A DNA stretch of 64,000 nucleotides from the human T2T-CHM13v2.0 reference genome, Homo sapiens: NCBI RefSeq assembly GCF_009914755.1, contig NC_060926.1; one strand, written 5' to 3'. The stretch's first letter is position 1; each line of letters opens with the position of its first letter. The notes under the pieces are model-generated. The model searched no databases. It worked only from the letters and a program-made list of their open reading frames with translations, and had not been told where the DNA came from. Positions 56,661 through 64,000 of this stretch are shown one piece after another. Position numbers and translations under genes: made by a program.

Positions 56661-57197
56661 CCTACAAACTCTGAGTCTTCCAGGGGATCTTTTGCTGAGG
56701 GCAGCAGACAGGGAAGCGAGAGAGAAGAGAGCATGGAGTGTCACCTGGTAGGTGTTTTAGGTTTTAGGCACCGGACCTGTAAGTTGTGGATCTCACTTGT
56801 ATCCAGATGTCATTGGCGAGACCTCTGTCACCTAACTGTAAGGGAGGCTGGGAAATGTCATCTTCCTGTGTGCCCAGAATGAAATACAATAGGATTTGTT
56901 AAATGCATAGCACTGTCTCCATCGCAAAACTGCATAACTAATACATGTTTTTTAGGAGATAATGAATGTTTCCATTTCAAACCACACTCACTCTAAACTG
57001 TATTTTGAATTTGATTTAGCTCAGAAAGATTTGTTACAGTAAACTTCATCCTGAAGGAGATTTTTTTTAATAAGACATATATGAAGTCATTATGAAAATA
57101 TAACAATCTCAGGTTAAAAGATGGAGAGATGAATATGAATTGGAATATATATAGGCACTTTGTTAAAGAAGGTAAAAGATAGGTCTTCAAGAATGGA

Positions 57198-57613
<416 letters not shown>

Positions 57614-58542
57614 TTAGAACACAGAGCACTTCCTGGAAGGTAGTAAAAAATAGGATTGATGGGTTTAGGTGATGCCTGACTGAGAGGGGCCTACAGTCCC
57701 AGAGTGGGAAGTTTAAACTTGATCTTAAAAGAAACAGTGAGACTGAGTGGATCCTTGAATGGCTCAGTGCCGTAATTAAACACAGATGCTTTGGGGAGGG
57801 TAACAGGATAGTCTGGGGAGGAGAGAGGATGGAAGCTGGTAGACAGCGGGAGGCAGCTGATGCATTCAGACATGAAGCACATGGGGTCTGAGATATGACA
57901 GTAAGTTGTAGAAGAGATGGGTCCAAGAGCCATTATAGTGTAAAATAAAAGAGAATTGGTGAAAATCTTGGCAAAATGCTATGAAGAATACAACCGCAAA
58001 CATGACTTGGAGGGTTTTAGAAGAAAGCGACAAGTTGGAAGGAGGAACCGATCTGGAAGAACGATGAAGAGCTTGTTTGTGTAAATGCTGGGGGTAGAAG
58101 TGACAACAGGACCCTGAAGCAGAAATGTCCTTTACCACCATGGGACTTTGCTGAAAGGACTGGATTATAGTGACAGAAGCCATTGTCATAATGGTGACTA
58201 AAACTATGAGAAAATAATGTTTTCTGATGGAGAGTAGTGTGAGGAAAGGTGATATGAATACTACTTACGATACTATTATTAATTATATTTAGAGTACTTG
58301 CTATGTTTCAGGCACTTGCCTATAATTTTCTATGTGTTGCCTTATTTACTTCCATTTCACAGATAGTCTGAGTGGTTACACAGCTTGCCTAAGATCACAG
58401 AGCTAGTTATATACTATCCGAGAAATCACTGCCAAATCCAATGTCATGACGCTTTTCCCCTATGTGTGGAGGGTTTGCAAATGACAAAATTTGGAGAGAC
58501 TTGGCCCCTGTTCCAGCATTCGATATCGGTTCTCTTCCCCAG

Positions 58543-58629
58543 GCTGGATTCATGAACGATGGCAGAATCTTGGCCCTGGACATGGAGCATTACAGCAATG
58601 CAGGCGCCTCCTTGGATGAATCATTATTC
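58543..58629 (+). CDS. AOX1: AOX1 exon 24 ([29 protein letters not shown])
   Basis: cag| ... TTC|gtaagt, 87 nt. Confidence 0.96.
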
Positions 58630-59007
58630 GTAAGTGTTTTAAGGAGCAAGTTCACATTCCTGAAAAGAGTGTTACATAAAATAATTTAACTTAGAAAATG
58701 CCCAATAGTTAAGTAATATTTGATTATAAAGGTATAATGACCATCCTTGCAGGGATAGCCATGTGTTACTTCCTGGTGCCCAAAGTGTGAGCCCAGAGAT
58801 GCTGGCTAAGTTGCATCTGTGTGTTACCCCCCGGCTTCCCATACTTAGAGCTCTTTTCCTAGATGCACACATGAGACCAAGCTTTCTCAGTTTTGGCCCT
58901 ATTGACATTTTGGAGTGTGTAGCTCTTTATGGTGGGGACTATCCTGCTCATTGTACCATCTTTGGCCTCTACTTAGTAGGTGTCAGTGGCATTACCACCC
59001 TGTAGTC

Positions 59008-59278
59008 TTTTTTTATTTTTATTTTTTGAGACAGAGACTCACTCTGTGCCCAGGCTGTAGTGCGGTGGCTCAAGCGATCCTCCCACCTCAGCCTCCCAGG
59101 TAGCTGGGACTGCAGGTACATGCCACCATGCCTAGCTAATTTTTTTTTATTATTATTTTGTAGAGATGGGTTCTCACTATGTTGCCAGAGCTGATCTCAA
59201 ACTACTAGGCTCAAGCAATCCTCCCATCTTAGCCTCCCAAAGTGCTAAGATTACAGGCGTGAGCCACTGTGTCCAGCC
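59008..59278 (-). mobile_element. Alu (AluJ-like) with a right-arm deletion
   Basis: gtgcggtgg joined to ctcaagcgatcctcccacctcagcc. Confidence 0.88.
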
Positions 59279-59305
59279 CAACCCCAAACAAAAATGTTTC
59301 AACCA

Positions 59306-59749
<444 letters not shown>

Positions 59750-60054
59750 CTATAGACCCAGTGCTCAGGGCCTGTGAACATATCAAAGGCCTTTGTATAT
59801 ATTTGAAATCTTAAAAAATGCATTAACTCCAAAATACAAAAATAAAAAATAATGCTCTCAAAGGAAAAATTATTCTAATACTTAAAAATTATTTTACAGC
59901 AAAAAATGTGTTTAATTGGGGGCATGGGAATATTTTAGCATGTTAGATGAGATGAAAAGAGAGCTGCCATTTTCGGCCTGGTTTTGGTCTGAGGTCGTAG
60001 GATGGTGAAACAGGTTCAGAAGATCTTAATCACATCAACTCTGGATTTCTCCAG

Positions 60055-60246
60055 GTGATAGAAATGGGACTTCTGAAAATGGACAATGCTTACAAGTTTC
60101 CCAATCTCCGCTGCCGGGGTTGGGCATGCAGAACCAACCTTCCATCCAACACAGCTTTTCGTGGGTTTGGCTTTCCTCAGGCAGCGCTGATCACCGAATC
60201 TTGTATCACGGAAGTTGCAGCCAAATGTGGACTATCCCCTGAGAAG
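60055..60246 (+). CDS. AOX1: AOX1 exon 25 ([64 protein letters not shown]); gene continues beyond the window
   Basis: cag| ... AAG|gtaata, 192 nt; [15 protein letters not shown] motif; cumulative CDS 2847 nt. Confidence 0.98.
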
Positions 60247-60659
60247 GTAATACTAAATCAGCTTCACAGACAAAACATGTGGAATGTCAGAGACGGTAGG
60301 GCCTTTGGGGGCCATTCAGGTTGAGGAATTTGAGACCCAGAGGGGCAAATGATTTGTGCCAAGTCCCCCAGCTAACTGGTTAATGCGGAGCCCAGACTCC
60401 AAAGTTCAGCAATACTCACCTTACTCAGACTCCTGCTCCAAAATCCTGAAGCAGAAGATCCTGAGGACTGAGCACTGCATTCTCCCCTGGCTGGTGAGAA
60501 GCTTCCATTGGCTGGGGGTATAACTGCTACCCACAATTCCATCAAGGCCCTCATTCCCCGCTTCCTGAACATCTCAGCCAGCTGTCAAAAAGTTGGTCAT
60601 TTCAGTTGCTAAACTGATCTCCTTTTGGTTCTTTTTTTTTTTTTTGTAACATTAATAGG

Positions 60660-63600
60660 TTGGTTTTTATTTTTATTTATTTATTTCCATAAGTTATTGG
60701 GGTACAGGTAGTATTTGGTTACATGAGTAAGTTCTTTAGTGGTGAATTGTGAGATTTTGGTGCACCCATCACCCGATGGGTGTATGTATATACATATACA
60801 CACGCACACATATATATGTGTATATATATATACACACACACACATATATATATATATACATACATACATACACACACCACAGTTTCTTTATCCACTCATT
60901 GATTGGTGGGCATTTGGGTTGGTTCCAAGATTTTGTTATTGTGAATTGTGCTACTATAAACATGCAGGTGCAAGTATCTTTTTCGAATAACAACTTGTTT
61001 TCCTCTGGGTAGACACCCAGTAGTGGGATTGCTGGGTCAAATGGTACTTCTACTTTTAGTTCTTTAAGGAATCTCCACACTGTCTTCCATAGTGGCTGTA
61101 CTAGTTTACATTCCCACCAGCAGTGTAGATGTGTTCCCTGTTCACCACATCCACGCCAACATGTACTGTTTTTTGATTGTTTGATTATGGCCATTCTTGC
61201 AAGAGTAAGGTGGTGTAGCATTGTGGTTTCAGTTTGCATTTCCCTGATCATTAGTGATGTTGAACATTTTTTCATATTTTTGTTGGCCATTTCTATATCT
61301 TGTTTTGTGAATTGTCTATTCATGTCCTTAGCCCACTTTTTGATGGGGTCGTTTGTTTTTTTCTTACTGATTTGTTTGAGTTTCTTGTAGGTTATGGATA
61401 TTAGTCCTTTGTCAGATGTATAGATTGTGAGGATTTTCTCCCACTCTGTGGGATGTCTGTTTACTCTGCTGGCTGACTGTTCCTTTTGCCATGCAAAAGC
61501 TCTTTAGTTTAATTAGCTCCCAGCTATTTATCTTTGTTTTTATCGCATTTGCTTTTGAGTTCTTGGTCATGAAATCCTTGCCTAAGCCAATATCTAGAAG
61601 GGATTTTCCAATGTTATCTTCTAGAATTTTAATAGTTTCAGGTCTTAGGTTTAAGTCCTTAATCCATCTTGAGTTAATTTTTGTATAAGGTCAGAGATGA
61701 GGATCCAGTTTCATTCTCATTACATGTGGCTAGCCATCCTAGCACCATTTGTTGAAAAGGATGTCCTTTCCCCACTTTACGTTTTTGTTCGCTTTGTCAA
61801 AGATCAGTTGGGTGTAAGTATTTGGGTTCTCTATTCTGTTCCACTGGTTTCTATGTGCCTATTTTTATACACTACTACACCATTTTGTTGACTATGGCCT
61901 TATAGTATAGTTTGAAATCAGGTAGTGTGATGCCTCCAGATTTGTTCTCTTTGCTTACTCTTGCTTTGGCTATGCGGGCTCTTTTTTGGTATCATGTGAA
62001 CTTTAGAATTGTTTTTTCTAATTCTGTGAAGAACAATGGTGGTATTTTGATGGGGATTGCACTGAATTTGTAGATTGCTTTTGGCAGTATAGCCATTTTC
62101 ACAATGTTGATTCTACCCATCCATGAGCATGGGATGTGTTTCCATTTGTTTGTGTCATCCAGTGTTTTGTAGTTTTCCTTGTAGAGGTCTTTCAACTCCT
62201 TGATTAGGTATATTCCTAAGTGTTTTATTATTATCATTATTATTTGCAACTATTGTAAAAGGGGTTGAGTTCTTGATTTGATTCTCTGCTTGGTCGCCAT
62301 TGGTGTATAGAAGAACTACTGATTTGTGTACATTAGTCTTGTATCCGGAAACTTTGCTGAATTCTTTTATCAGTTCTAGGAGCTTTGTGAAGGAGTCCTT
62401 AGGGTTTTCAAGGTAAATGATTATATCGTCAGCAAACAGTGACGGTTTGACTTCTCTTTACCGATTTGGATGCCCTTTATTTCTTTCTGTTGTCTGATTG
62501 CTCTAGCTAGGATTTCCAGTACCATATTGAAGAAGAGTGGTGAGAGTGGGCCTCCTTGTCTTGTTCCCGTTGAATGCCTTCAACTTTTTCCCATTCAATA
62601 TTATGTTGAATGTCTTTAACTTTTCCCCATTCAGTATTATGTTGGCTGTGTGTTTGTCATAGATGGCTTTTATTACATTAAGGTATGTCCTTTGTATGCT
62701 GATTTTGCTGAGAGTTTTAATCATAAAGAGATGCTGGATTTTGTCAAATGCTTTTTCTGCATTGAGATGATCATGTGATATTTGTTTTTAACTCTGTTTA
62801 TGTAGTGTATCAAATTTATTGACTTGTGTGTGTTAAACCATCCCTGTATCCCTGGTATGAATCCCTCTTGATAATGGTGGATTATGTTTTTCATATGTTG
62901 TTGGAGTTGGTTAGCTAGTATTTTGTTAAAGATTTTAGCATCAATGTTCATCAAGGATATTGGTCTGTAGTTTTCTTTTTTGGTTATGTCCTTTCCTGGT
63001 TTTGTTATTAGGGTGATGCTGGCTTCATTAAATGAATTTACTTAAGGTTCCTTCTTTCTCTATCTTGTGGAATAGTATCAAAAGGATTGGTACCAATTCT
63101 TCTTTGAATGTCTGGTGGAATTCTGCTGTGAATCCTTCTGGTCCTGGACTTTTTATTGTTGGTAATTTTTAAATTACCATTTCAATCTCGCTCTTGTTAT
63201 TGGTCTGTTAAGGGTATCTAATTCTTCCTGATTTAATCTGGGAGGGTGTATTTTTCCAGGAATTTATCCATCTCTTCTAGGTTTTCTAGTTTATGTGCAC
63301 AAAGTTGCTCATAGTAGCTGTGAATGATCTTTTGTATTTCAGTGTTGTCAGTTGTAATATCTCCTGTTTCGTTTCTTAGTGAGGTTATTTGGATTTTTAC
63401 TCTTCTTTTCTTAATCTTCCTAACGGTCTATCAATTTTATTTATCTTTTCAAAGAACCAGCTTTTTGTTTCATTTATCTTTTGTACTTTTTTTCCAGTTT
63501 CATTTAGTTCTGCTCTGATCTTGGTAATTTCCTTTCTTCTGCTAGGTTTGGGTTTGGTTTGCTCTTATTTCTTTAGTTCCTTGAGGTGTGACCTTAGAAT

Positions 63601-64000
63601 GTCAGTCTGTGCACTGTCAGTCTTTTTGATGTAGGCACTTAGGGCTATGAACTTTCCTCTTAGCACCGCGTTTGCTGTATCCCAGAGATTTTGACAGGTT
63701 GTGTCATTATTGTCATTCAGTTCAAAGAATATTTTAATTTCCATTTGATTTCATTTTTGACCCAATGCTCATTCAGGAGCAGGTTATTTAATTTCCATGT
63801 ATTTGCATGGTTCTGAAGGTTCCTTTTGGAACTGATTTCCAGTTTTATTCCACTGTGGTCTGAGAGAGTGCTTGATATAATTTCAATTTTCTTAAATGTA
63901 TTGAGCTTGTTTTATGGCCTATCATATGATCTATCTTGGAGAAAGTTCCATGTGCCGTTGAATAGAATGTGTATTTTGCAGTTGTTAGATAAAATGTTCT
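60660..64000 (-). mobile_element. L1PB-like element (3' UTR and degenerate ORF2), running off the window; (TA/CA)n at about 60780-60875
   Basis: tttccataagttattggggtacaggtagtatttggttacatg 3' end; minus-strand ORF2 fragments ([46 protein letters not shown]). Confidence 0.93.

Overview
Eukaryotic genomic DNA, human or near-identical great ape, judged from primate Alu/L1PA content and the protein sequence. The window holds the last coding exon and 3' UTR of SGO2 (shugoshin 2; about 927-1270, +). A CpG-island promoter follows, then coding exons 1-25 of AOX1 (aldehyde oxidase 1; ATG at 3589, +). I assembled the exons by hand. They join with consistent GT-AG phases into 2847 nt (949 codons) of uninterrupted ORF. 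This covers both 2Fe-2S centres, the FAD domain and the first part of the Moco domain, and the gene continues past the window end. The introns are filled with Alu, L1, L2/MIR, MaLR/ERVL LTR and DNA-transposon remnants. Nearly all entries in the ORF track are spurious or L1 ORF2 debris. I see no evidence of a new multi-gene system; this is a well-studied locus. The most notable sequence-level features are: a U12 (minor spliceosome) intron 2; a twin-primed 5'-inverted L1 with an intact TSD; a chimeric Alu monomer recording a local unequal crossover; a 42-bp templated copy inside a TA microsatellite; a MER5 remnant that appears to supply the exon 5 branch point; a MADE1 hairpin and an overlapping uORF at the promoter; and a head-to-head Alu pair 27 nt apart inside a MER20. 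Repeat boundaries are approximate, and subfamily names come from recalled consensus sequences, not from a search.
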